Source: Variovorax sp. (GTDB lineage Bacteria; Pseudomonadota; Gammaproteobacteria; Burkholderiales; Burkholderiaceae_C). Taken from it: 64,000 nucleotides of DNA. The stretch lies in contig JANOCL010000151.1 of the NCBI GenBank assembly GCA_031412135.1, positions 13,206 through 77,205 of the forward strand. The letters run 5' to 3'. The translations under genes and the position numbers were made by a program. Every line of letters starts with the position of its first letter. The stretch's first letter is position 1. Positions 46,858-55,035 of the stretch are shown one piece after another. The notes beneath the pieces were generated by a model that worked only from the letters and a program-made list of their open reading frames with translations, was not told the DNA's origin and did not search any database.

Positions 46858-47014
46858 GGCGCCAGTCTCGTTGCTTGGAGCGGCTGGCGATTGCCGTCTC
46901 GAACACCGCCGCGAGCAATGACGCTGAGCAAAGGATTCCTGCGTGTTTGGACTGGTTGCGTGCGCGCCGCACGAGAGCGTTGAGCAAAGGCATTGAACCA
47001 CATCGGTGCGCGCT

Positions 47015-48181
47015 TTACCGCGTTGCGCCGACCGTCAGCGCGCGCAGCGCCCGTTCCACCGGACCGTAGCTGAAGCGGCGCAGCCACAGCCGGCTGGCGA
47101 TGAGCTGGCATCCGAAGATGCAGAACGCGATCAGCACGCAGCCCGCGGGAGACACGCGGCCCATCCAGCCGAGCCCGTAGGCGGTGAAGACGAATGCGCA
47201 CACGAGCGATTGCAGGAGGTAGTTGGACAGGGCCATGCGCCCGGCCGGCGCCAGCAGCCGGTCGACGCGCAGGCCGCTTGCGCGGTGGAACAGCATCAGC
47301 GCGAGCCCGATGTAGGCGGCGGTGAGAAAGGGCGCCGTCAAGAGGCTGACGCCGAGGCCCACGATCTCCCAGCCCGAACCGATGCCGAAGACCGTGGCCG
47401 TCGCATAGAACACCGCGCCGGGCAGGCCCACCGGCAGCCCCCAGCGCACCAGTCTGGGCCAGAAGGCGCGGTACCGATCGGGTCGCGCGAACATGCGCCG
47501 CTTGCCGGCAGCCAGGCCCAGCATGAACATGGCCAGGGCGCACGGCGCCTGGATCAGCAACACGATCCACCAGATGTCGCCCAGCTCGCGCAGGCGCTGC
47601 GCGACCACGCTGGCGGGCGTTCCGACCCAGGCCTGTTGCGCAGCGGCGGCGCGCGCCGTGGCGAAGGCGAAGTCTGCCGTTTCGCCGGCAAGTAGCTGGA
47701 GCCCGCCGACCAGGATCAGCACCACAGCGGGCGCCATGGTGAGCATGCAAGCCAGCCGGATGGCGCCGGCCTCGCTGCGCCGGCGCAGCAGGAGCAGCAC
47801 CAGGCCGAGCAAGGCATAGGTGCAAAGAATGTCGCCCTGGTACAGAAAGACGGCATGCATCGCGCCGATGAGCCAGAGCCCCAGGAGGCGCCGCAGCATC
47901 CTCGGCACGAAGGCCGTGCCGCGCTGCTCCGCCGAGTTCATCTGCAGCGTGAAGCTGTAGCCGAACAGAAAGGAGAACAGCAAATAGAACTTGGTCTCGA
48001 AGAGGAAGCTTACGAGCCATCGCACCGCGTTGTCGACGGGGCGGGGAAAGAGCGGGTCGGGCACGGCCATGCCGTAGTACGCCGAAGCGAAGGTCGCGAT
48101 GTTGACCATCAGAATGCCCAGCAGCGCGAAGCCGCGCAGGGCATCCAGGTGCAGCAGCCGCGCCGGCTGGACCTCTGTCAA
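47015..48181 (-). CDS. DUF418-domain (YeiB-like) polytopic membrane protein
   Basis: 388 aa. TTG start 3 nt after the alpha-E stop. LDALRGFALLGILMVNI and many TM segments are typical of DUF418. Confidence 0.75.
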   Translation of the reverse strand: MTEVQPARLLHLDALRGFALLGILMVNIATFASAYYGMAVPDPLFPRPVDNAVRWLVSFLFETKFYLLFSFLFGYSFTLQMNSAEQRGTAFVPRMLRRLLGLWLIGAMHAVFLYQGDILCTYALLGLVLLLLRRRSEAGAIRLACMLTMAPAVVLILVGGLQLLAGETADFAFATARAAAAQQAWVGTPASVVAQRLRELGDIWWIVLLIQAPCALAMFMLGLAAGKRRMFARPDRYRAFWPRLVRWGLPVGLPGAVFYATATVFGIGSGWEIVGLGVSLLTAPFLTAAYIGLALMLFHRASGLRVDRLLAPAGRMALSNYLLQSLVCAFVFTAYGLGWMGRVSPAGCVLIAFCIFGCQLIASRLWLRRFSYGPVERALRALTVGATR

Positions 48182-48184
48182 CGC

Positions 48185-49141
48185 TCAGTGCCCAGGAACC
48201 AGAAAGTCCTGGCTGATGCGCCACCCCAGCTCATTCACCCGGTCGAGAAACTGCGTCAGGTACGCATGCAGCCCGGTCGCAAGAATCTCGTCGACGCGGG
48301 CGTACTGCAGGTCGGCCAGCAACTTGCCGGCACGCCGCTGCGTCTCGGCGCTCTGGTCGTTCTGCACCTTCGCCAGGTTGCTAACCACCTCGACCAGGCA
48401 GGCATGCAGCGACCGCGGCATGTCGGGGCGCAGCATCAGCAACTCGGCCACGCGTTCGGGCTTGATGACGTCGCGGTACACCTTGCGGTAGACCTCGAAG
48501 GCCGAGACGCTGCGCAGGATCGCGCTCCAGTGATAGAAGTCGTACTCCTGGTCTTCCTCGGTCGCGGTGCCGAAGAACTCGCTGTTGAGCGCATGGAACT
48601 TAACGTCGACCAGCCGCGCGGTGTTGTCGGCGCGTTCGAGGAAGGTGCCCAGGCGTGCGAAGTAGAAGGCCTCGTCCTGCAGCATGGTGCCGAGCGTCAC
48701 GCCGCGCGACAGGTGCGAGCGGAACTTGACCCATTCGAAGAAGGTGCCCGGGTCGCGCTCGAATTCGCCGGCGCGCAGCATGCGGTTCACTTCGAGCCAG
48801 GTGGTGTTCTGCGTCTCCCACGATTCGGTGGTGAGCGCGCCGCGCACGGCCCGCGCGTTCTCGCGCGCGGCACGCAGGCACGAGAGGATGGACGAAGGAT
48901 TCGACTCGTCCTTGACCATGAACTCCATCACCTCCCACGGAACGATGTGCTCGTGCTTCTCGTTGTAGAGCGGCAGCAGTTCGCTGATGGACAGGAGCCC
49001 CTGCCAGCCGTACTTGGCGACTTCGGCCGACTGCGGCAGCAGCGAGGTCTGGTAGTTCACATCGAGCATTCGCGCGGTGTTCTCGGCCCGCTCGGTGTAG
49101 CGCGACATCCAGTAGAGGTGATCGGCGGTGCGTGACAGCAT
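48185..49141 (-). CDS. Alpha-E domain protein (DUF403)
   Basis: 318 aa. The N-terminal MLSRTADHLYWMSRYTERAENTARMLDV is the hallmark start of alpha-E proteins that accompany circularly permuted ATP-grasp enzymes. Confidence 0.88.
   Translation of the reverse strand: MLSRTADHLYWMSRYTERAENTARMLDVNYQTSLLPQSAEVAKYGWQGLLSISELLPLYNEKHEHIVPWEVMEFMVKDESNPSSILSCLRAARENARAVRGALTTESWETQNTTWLEVNRMLRAGEFERDPGTFFEWVKFRSHLSRGVTLGTMLQDEAFYFARLGTFLERADNTARLVDVKFHALNSEFFGTATEEDQEYDFYHWSAILRSVSAFEVYRKVYRDVIKPERVAELLMLRPDMPRSLHACLVEVVSNLAKVQNDQSAETQRRAGKLLADLQYARVDEILATGLHAYLTQFLDRVNELGWRISQDFLVPGH
49085..49141. repeat. Copy A of a perfect 57-bp direct repeat (5' end of the full-length alpha-E ORF)
   Basis: ggcccgctcggtgtagcgcgacatccagtagaggtgatcggcggtgcgtgacagcat is identical to 49268..49324. 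Confidence 0.97.
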
Positions 49142-49162
49142 ATGGCGGTTCCCTGAATGGCC

Positions 49163-49324
49163 TCAAACCCCGAAAGCGCTGGCGCGCTTTGGCGTGTTCT
49201 GGTGGCTACATGACAAGCGCTTCGCGCAATTGTCAGTCGCCCCCGCGAATGCCTTCGGCATCTCGCCGGCCCGCTCGGTGTAGCGCGACATCCAGTAGAG
49301 GTGATCGGCGGTGCGTGACAGCAT
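49163..49324 (-). pseudogene. 53-codon truncated duplicate of the alpha-E gene start (decoy or leader ORF)
   Basis: My translation gives MLSRTADHLYWMSRYTERAGEMPKAFAGATDNCAKRLSCSHQNTPKRASAFGV followed by a stop. The first 19 aa are identical to the alpha-E N-terminus. Its ATG lies 16 nt after the ATP-grasp stop with a GGAG Shine-Dalgarno. Its TGA lies 21 nt before the real alpha-E ATG. Confidence 0.6.
49268..49324. repeat. Copy B of the perfect 57-bp direct repeat
   Basis: Identical to 49085..49141. The copies are offset by 183 bp and separated by a 126-bp insert. Confidence 0.97.
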
Positions 49325-49340
49325 GATTGCGGCTCCGTGA

Positions 49341-50840
49341 TCAGGACGACGACTGGGACTGCGATTGCGACTGCGCGCGCGGCCGCGCCGTGCGGTCGGC
49401 CTCCAGAATCCAGGTGTCCTTGGTGCCGCCGCCCTGCGAAGAGTTGACCACCAGCGAGCCTTCTTTCAGCGCCACCCGCGTCAGGCCGCCGGGCACCATC
49501 TGCACGTCCTTGCCCGACAGCACGAAAGGCCGCAGGTCGATGTGGCGCGGCGCAATGCCGGCTTCGACGAAGGTCGGCGATGTCGACAGGCTCAGGGTGG
49601 GCTGCGCGATGTAGCCGTCGGGCTTGGCCAGCACGGCTTTTCTGAAGTCCTCGATCTCGGCCTGCGTCGATGCGGGCCCGATCAGCATGCCGTAGCCGCC
49701 GGCGCCATGCACTTCCTTCACCACCAGGTCCTTCATGTTGGAGAGCGTGTAGTCGAGCTCGTCCTTGTTGCGGCACATGTAGGTGGGCACGTTCTTCAGG
49801 ATCGGCTTTTCGCCGAGGTAGAACTCGATCATCTTCGGCACGTACGGATAGACCGACTTGTCGTCCGCCACGCCGGTGCCCACCGCATTGCAGATGACCA
49901 CGTTGCCCTCGATGTAGGCGCGCATCAGCCCGGCGGTGCCGAGCGTCGATGTCGGGCGGAAAACCTCGGGGTCGAGAAAGTCGTCGTCGACGCGGCGGTA
50001 GATCACGTCGACCCGCTTCGGGCCGCGCGTGGTGCGCATATAGACGAAGTCGTCCTTCACGAACAGGTCCTGCCCTTCGACCAGCTCGATGCCCATCTGC
50101 TGCGCGAGGAACGCATGCTCGAAGTAGGCGCTGTTGTACATGCCGGGCGTGAGCACCACCACCGTCGGCTCCGCCGTCGCCGGCGGCGCGCTGGCGCGCA
50201 GCGTTTCGAGCAGCAGGTCGGGATAGTGCGCGACGGGCGCGACGCGGTTCTGGCTGAACAGGTCGGGAAAGAGCCGCATCATCATCTTGCGGTTCTCCAG
50301 CATGTAGCTCACGCCGCTGGGCACGCGAAGGTTGTCTTCGAGCACGTAGTACTCGCCGTTGCCCTGGGCATCGGGCGCGCGCACGATGTCGATGCCGCAG
50401 ATGTGCGCGTAGATGTCGTTCGGCACCTTCACGCCCGCCATCTCCGGGCGGTACTGCGCGTTCTTCAGGATCTGTTCGGCCGGGATCACGCCGGCCTTGA
50501 TGATTTCCTGGCCGTGGTAGACGTCGTGGATGAAGCGGTTGAGCGCGGTCACGCGCTGCACCAGGCCTTTTTCCATGCTCTCCCACTCGTGGGCGGGAAT
50601 GATGCGCGGCAGCAGGTCGAAAGGAATGAGCCGCTCGGTGCCGGAGCCGTCCTCGTCCTTGGCGCCATACACCGCAAAGGTGATGCCGACCCGGCGGAAG
50701 ATCATTTCGGCCTCATCGCGCCGGGACCGCATCACCTCGCCCGGTTGCTTGGCGAGCCACTGGTCGTAACGCTTGTAATGGCTTCGAACCGCCGCGCCGG
50801 CGTAGGGCAGCTGCTCGTACATTTCGTCGAATTTGTGCAT
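49341..50840 (-). CDS. Circularly permuted type-2 ATP-grasp protein (DUF404/DUF407)
   Basis: 499 aa. The overall sequence (MHKFDEMYE...YHGQEIIKAGVIPAEQIL...VVKEVHGAGGYGMLIGP) is typical of CP_ATPgrasp_2 proteins encoded upstream of alpha-E genes. The C-terminal tail is AQSQSQSQSSS. Confidence 0.85.
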   Translation of the reverse strand: MHKFDEMYEQLPYAGAAVRSHYKRYDQWLAKQPGEVMRSRRDEAEMIFRRVGITFAVYGAKDEDGSGTERLIPFDLLPRIIPAHEWESMEKGLVQRVTALNRFIHDVYHGQEIIKAGVIPAEQILKNAQYRPEMAGVKVPNDIYAHICGIDIVRAPDAQGNGEYYVLEDNLRVPSGVSYMLENRKMMMRLFPDLFSQNRVAPVAHYPDLLLETLRASAPPATAEPTVVVLTPGMYNSAYFEHAFLAQQMGIELVEGQDLFVKDDFVYMRTTRGPKRVDVIYRRVDDDFLDPEVFRPTSTLGTAGLMRAYIEGNVVICNAVGTGVADDKSVYPYVPKMIEFYLGEKPILKNVPTYMCRNKDELDYTLSNMKDLVVKEVHGAGGYGMLIGPASTQAEIEDFRKAVLAKPDGYIAQPTLSLSTSPTFVEAGIAPRHIDLRPFVLSGKDVQMVPGGLTRVALKEGSLVVNSSQGGGTKDTWILEADRTARPRAQSQSQSQSSS

Positions 50841-50943
50841 GGGACGACCAATCTCCTTGGCCGTAGCTTAGCAAGTTCAGGACCATGCACCGGGCAGCCA
50901 AAGCTCCGCGCAAGCCCGGTTGTACTTTCTCCGATGCCGTGCT

Positions 50944-53025
50944 TCAGCCCCGCTCGACGAGGGCGTCCACCACCATCGCGCCTTCTCCGCGCGCACCCAC
51001 CATCACCGGGTTGACGTCGATCGAGGCGATGGCCGAAGGCGCCGCTGCGATGAGGCGCCCGATGGCCACGACCACCGCCGAGAGCGCGTCGACATCGAGC
51101 GGCGGCTCGCCCCGCACGCCCTCCAGCAGCGGCGCGATGCGAAGTGTGCGCAGCGCCGCGTCCACGTCCGCGGCTTCGAAGGGCGGCAGCAGCACCGCCA
51201 CGTCCTGCAGGGCCTCGACGTACTTGCCGCCGTCGCCCACCACCACCACCGGGCCAAACACCGGGTCGCGCCGCGCGCCGACCATGAACTCGTGCCGGCC
51301 CTTGTGCATCGCAGCCACGACGACGCCCTCCTGCGCCGCGCCGAGCGCGGCCAGCTTCGCCCACTGCGCATCGAACAGCGCGGCTGCCGCATCGGCGCTC
51401 GCCACGCCGAGCGCGACCAGCCCGTGCTCGGATTTGTGCGGCACGTCGGCCGAGCAGGCCTTGACGACCGCCGGCCCGCCTACCGCCACCCAAGCATCGC
51501 GCGCTTCCCCGGCGCTGCGGCAGAGCCGGTGCGCGACCACTGGAATGCCGCGCGATGAAAGCAGCGCCAGGCTCTCGGCCTCGTTCAGGAACTGTCCGGT
51601 GCCCGCCGGCAGCGCGGGCGCCGGCGCTTGCGGCCAGGGCGTGCGCGGCTTGCGCATCAACGCGGTGTGCGACGCGAGTTGTGCCAGCACGCCGAGCGCC
51701 TCCGATTCGTTGGCATAGGTTGGAATGCCCAGGGCCTTGAATGGCGCAGAAACCGAGTCCTGCCAGGCGGCCACCACCACCGGCTTGCCGGTGCTCTGCT
51801 CGAACCGCGCGGTGTCCCGCGCAAAGGCGTCCACGTCGTAGCCGGCGCCCGCGACCGGGATGTTGATGAAGAACAGGTCCGCCGACGGGTCCTGCGCAAC
51901 TGCCGGCAGCACGTCGCCGAACAGCCCGCTGTTGGACAGCAGCGCCGCGGTGATGTCGATCGGATTGGTCGCGGTCGCAAAGCCGGGCAAGCGGCTGGCA
52001 ACGTCCTTGCGCGTCTGGTCGGACAGGGTGGCGAGCGGCAGGCCGAACTTTTCGGACGCATCCGCCCCCATCACGCAGCTCGCGCCCGAATTGCTGATCA
52101 CCACCAGCCGCCTGCCCTGGGGCCGCCAGCCCTTCAGGTAGGCCTCGGCCGCGAGCGCCTGCGCATGCGGGTCGCGCACTCGCCAGATGCCGTGGTGCTT
52201 GAAGAAGGCATCGACCGCGCGGTCCTCGTTGGCCAGCGAGCCGGTGTGCGACGACGCCGCCTTCTGACCGCTTTCGGACCGGCCGGCCTTCACGGCGACG
52301 ATCGGCAGGTCGCGCTCGCGGGCATAGGCGGCAGTGCGTGCGAGCAGTTCGGGATCGGCGATGTTCTCCAGGTACAGCAGCAGCAGCCGGACCTCGGGAT
52401 CGTGGGCCACGGCCCAGGCCAGGTCGGAGACCGTCACGTCGGCCTCGTTGCCGGTGGCATGCACATGGCGCACGCCGAGCCCGCGGCTGCGCAGCAGGCC
52501 GTAGGCCATGGCGCTCATGCCGCCGCTCTGGCTCACCACGCCGATCGGCCCGTCGGCCGGCGGCACCTCGACGAACATGGTCGAGAAGCAGGCGATGGCA
52601 CCGTTGCCGAAGTTCGCCAGGCCCTGCGTATTGGGGCCGTACAGGCGCATGCCGGCGGCGCGCGCCCGGTCGGCCATCGCCTTTTGCACCGCACGGCCTT
52701 CTTCGCCGGCCTCGCCGAAGCCGGAGGCGATCACCACCACCGACTTGACGCCGCGCGCCGCGCATTCGTCCACCGCGGCCACCGCTTTCTCGCCGCCGAC
52801 GATCACGATCGCCAGGTCGGGCGCTTCGGGCAGCGCCGCCATCGAGGCGTAGCTCTTCAGCCCCTGCACCTCGTCGCGAGCCGGGTTGACGGGATAGATG
52901 CGTCCGGCAAAGCCATGCCGCTGCATGTAGTGGATCGGGCGGCCGCCGATCTTGTGGATGTTCTCCGAGGCGCCGATGACGGCCACGGACTTCGGGTCGA
53001 GTGCGGATTCGAGCAGGTCGGACAT
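50944..53025 (-). CDS. ADP-forming acyl-CoA synthetase (acetate--CoA ligase family; CoA-binding, succinyl-CoA-synthetase-like and ATP-grasp domains)
   Basis: 693 aa. N-terminal PKSVAVIGASENIHKIGGRP...YPVNP is a CoA-binding domain. GPNTQGL and SQSGGM motifs are present. The C-terminal part is ATP-grasp. Confidence 0.88.
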   Translation of the reverse strand: MSDLLESALDPKSVAVIGASENIHKIGGRPIHYMQRHGFAGRIYPVNPARDEVQGLKSYASMAALPEAPDLAIVIVGGEKAVAAVDECAARGVKSVVVIASGFGEAGEEGRAVQKAMADRARAAGMRLYGPNTQGLANFGNGAIACFSTMFVEVPPADGPIGVVSQSGGMSAMAYGLLRSRGLGVRHVHATGNEADVTVSDLAWAVAHDPEVRLLLLYLENIADPELLARTAAYARERDLPIVAVKAGRSESGQKAASSHTGSLANEDRAVDAFFKHHGIWRVRDPHAQALAAEAYLKGWRPQGRRLVVISNSGASCVMGADASEKFGLPLATLSDQTRKDVASRLPGFATATNPIDITAALLSNSGLFGDVLPAVAQDPSADLFFINIPVAGAGYDVDAFARDTARFEQSTGKPVVVAAWQDSVSAPFKALGIPTYANESEALGVLAQLASHTALMRKPRTPWPQAPAPALPAGTGQFLNEAESLALLSSRGIPVVAHRLCRSAGEARDAWVAVGGPAVVKACSADVPHKSEHGLVALGVASADAAAALFDAQWAKLAALGAAQEGVVVAAMHKGRHEFMVGARRDPVFGPVVVVGDGGKYVEALQDVAVLLPPFEAADVDAALRTLRIAPLLEGVRGEPPLDVDALSAVVVAIGRLIAAAPSAIASIDVNPVMVGARGEGAMVVDALVERG

Positions 53026-53033
53026 GCAGGCTT

Positions 53034-53834
53034 TCAGGATTTGGGGCGCTCGCGCGCAGAGAAGAAGGCAGCGATCGCGTCGCCGCAGGCGTCGCTGTAG
53101 AGGCTCTCGACAAAGGCATCGCGCTCAGCATCGAGCTGCGCCCGGCGCGAGCGCCCGCGCGCCGCATGCACCAGCTGCTTGATGCGCGCCTGCGCATCGA
53201 AGGGGCCGGCGGCCAGCCGCTGCGCCCAGTCGAGTGCGGCTTCGCGTGCCGTGCCGTGCGGCACCACGCGGTTCACCAGACCCAGGGCATGCAGTCGCTG
53301 CGCCGTGCATGTGCCGCCGTCGAGCAGCAGTTCGAGCGCCGCCTGCGGCGGCAGTGCGCGAGCCAGCGAGTCGGAGCCGCCGCCGTCGGGCGACAGCGCG
53401 AGCTTCACGTAAGACATCACGAACTTCGCATCCTCGGCCGCGACGATCAGGTCGCAGCCCAGGCAGAGCGAGAAGCCGCCGCCTGCCGCGGCGCCCTCGA
53501 CCGCGGCGATCACCGGCTGCGGCGCATCGTGCATAGCCATCACCCAGCCGTGCAGTGCATCGAGATGGCCCAGCTGTTCTTCCCGCGGCCCTTGGCGTTG
53601 ATCGGCCAGCCGCTTCAGGTCGCCACCGCCACAGAAGTGCGCGCCCTCGCCCGTGAGCACGATGGCCCGTACCACGCGGTCGGCCGCCGCCGTGCGCATC
53701 AGTTCGATGCCGGCACGGTAGAGCGACGGATGCATCGCGTTGCGTGCCGCCGGGTTGCTGATGGTCAGCACCAGCACCGGGCCGACACGTTCGGACAGCA
53801 GTCGCGGTCCGCCCGAAGGTTCTTGTGCGTTCAT
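53034..53834 (-). CDS. Enoyl-CoA hydratase/isomerase (crotonase) family protein
   Basis: 266 aa. The region LTISNPAARNAM...VLTGEGAHFCGGGDL...IAAVEGAAAGGGFSLCLGCDLIVAA carries the oxyanion-hole motifs. Confidence 0.9.
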   Translation of the reverse strand: MNAQEPSGGPRLLSERVGPVLVLTISNPAARNAMHPSLYRAGIELMRTAAADRVVRAIVLTGEGAHFCGGGDLKRLADQRQGPREEQLGHLDALHGWVMAMHDAPQPVIAAVEGAAAGGGFSLCLGCDLIVAAEDAKFVMSYVKLALSPDGGGSDSLARALPPQAALELLLDGGTCTAQRLHALGLVNRVVPHGTAREAALDWAQRLAAGPFDAQARIKQLVHAARGRSRRAQLDAERDAFVESLYSDACGDAIAAFFSARERPKS

Positions 53835-53980
53835 CTCGGTCCTTCAGTGGCCGCCGCACGTTGCGCGGCGCATCGTTTGGCGTGCGGGCGTCAGGGGTGC
53901 GTGCCGTCAGGGGCATGAAAACCGGCGCAGGCATATGCCACGGATACCGCGGAACCGGCTTCGCCGGGCCGCTGGTATCG

Positions 53981-54009
53981 CCCCCTCGAGGGGGAGGCGC
54001 CGCAGGCGC
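53981..54009 (-). terminator. Two adjacent GC-rich hairpins: the perfect palindrome CCCCCTCGAGGGGG, and GCGCC-GCA-GGCGC. Possible terminator or REP-like element after the Bug gene
   Basis: Read directly, 18-46 nt downstream of the stop at 54027 on the minus strand. There is no clear U-tract. Confidence 0.35.
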
Positions 54010-54026
54010 TTCGGGGGTGTTTCATA

Positions 54027-55013
54027 TCAGTCCACCTGGATGTTGGCGGTGCGGACCACCTTGGTCCATTTGTCGATCTCGCCGCGCAGCATCTTCGCGA
54101 AGGCTTCGGGCGTGCTCGGCGCGGCTTCGGCGCCGGCTTCGTGCAGCCGCTGCTTGACCTGGGGATCGTTCAATGCCTTGTTGATGTCGGCGCTCAGGCG
54201 CTGGACGATGTCTTTCGGCGTGCCTGCCGGCGCCACGAAGGCCGCCCACGAGTAGGCCTCGTAGCTCGCTAGGCCCGACTCGGCCACGGTCGGCACGTCC
54301 GGCAACAGCACCGAGCGCCGTGCGCTCGCCACCGCAATGGCCCGCACCTTGCCGGCCTTGATCTGAGGCAGCGCGGTCGGCGCATCGCTGAACATCAGCT
54401 GCACCTGGCCGCCGAGCAGGTCGGTCATCGCCGGTGCGCTGCCCTTGTAGGGCACATGCAGCAGCTTCGTGCCGGCCTGCATGTTGAACAGCTCGCCGGC
54501 CAGGTGCGTGCCGCCGCCGTTGCCGGATGAGCCGAAGCTGAGCTTGCCGGGCGTCGGCTTGTCGAGCGCGATGAGCTCGGCCACGTTGCGCGCCGGCACC
54601 GACGGATGCGCCACCAGCACCACCGGGAACATCGCACCGAAGCTCACCGGCACGAAGTCGCGCTCGATGTCGTAGGGCAGCTTGGGCTTGAGGCTCGGCA
54701 GCACCGAATGGTGGATGCTGCACACCAGCAGGTTGTAGCCGTCCGCCGCCGACTTGGCCGCGATGTCGGCGCCGACGATGCCGCCCGCACCGGCGCGGTT
54801 GTCGACGATCGCCTGCTGGCCCCAAAGCTCGGACAGCTTCTGCGCGACCGCGCGGCCGGTGGTGTCGACCGGACCGCCGGCCGGGAACGGAACGATGAAG
54901 CGCACCGGCCGGTTGGGATAGCCCTGCTGCGCCATCGCCGGCCATGCGAGCGTCGCGCCTGCGGCGGCGGCAGCAGCGAGGCAGGCGCGGCGGTTGATGT
55001 CGTTGTTCTTCAT
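54027..55013 (-). CDS. Bug-family (TctC-like) substrate-binding protein
   Basis: Internal ATG of track ORF 54027..55319. Tat-like leader MKNNDINRRACLAAAAAAGATLAWPAMA, then PNRPVRFIVPFPAGGPVDTTGR and VPYKGS. Confidence 0.9.
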   Translation of the reverse strand: MKNNDINRRACLAAAAAAGATLAWPAMAQQGYPNRPVRFIVPFPAGGPVDTTGRAVAQKLSELWGQQAIVDNRAGAGGIVGADIAAKSAADGYNLLVCSIHHSVLPSLKPKLPYDIERDFVPVSFGAMFPVVLVAHPSVPARNVAELIALDKPTPGKLSFGSSGNGGGTHLAGELFNMQAGTKLLHVPYKGSAPAMTDLLGGQVQLMFSDAPTALPQIKAGKVRAIAVASARRSVLLPDVPTVAESGLASYEAYSWAAFVAPAGTPKDIVQRLSADINKALNDPQVKQRLHEAGAEAAPSTPEAFAKMLRGEIDKWTKVVRTANIQVD

Positions 55014-55035
55014 GAAAGTCTCCTTGGTGTGTGGT

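Noticed and set aside
49142-49267. The 126-bp insert between the 57-bp repeats, considered as an insertion sequence or transposon remnant.
   Set aside because: It has no transposase, no terminal inverted repeats that I can see, and the flanking duplication is too long for a target-site duplication. I kept it as an unexplained duplication/insert finding rather than calling a mobile element.
49344-49373. Hexanucleotide-like repeat encoding the (SQ)4SSS C-terminal tail of the ATP-grasp protein, considered as a slippage-prone contingency repeat.
   Set aside because: The codons are heterogeneous (tcc/tcg, cag/caa), so the DNA is not a perfect repeat. It is a short low-complexity tail with no evidence of phase variation.
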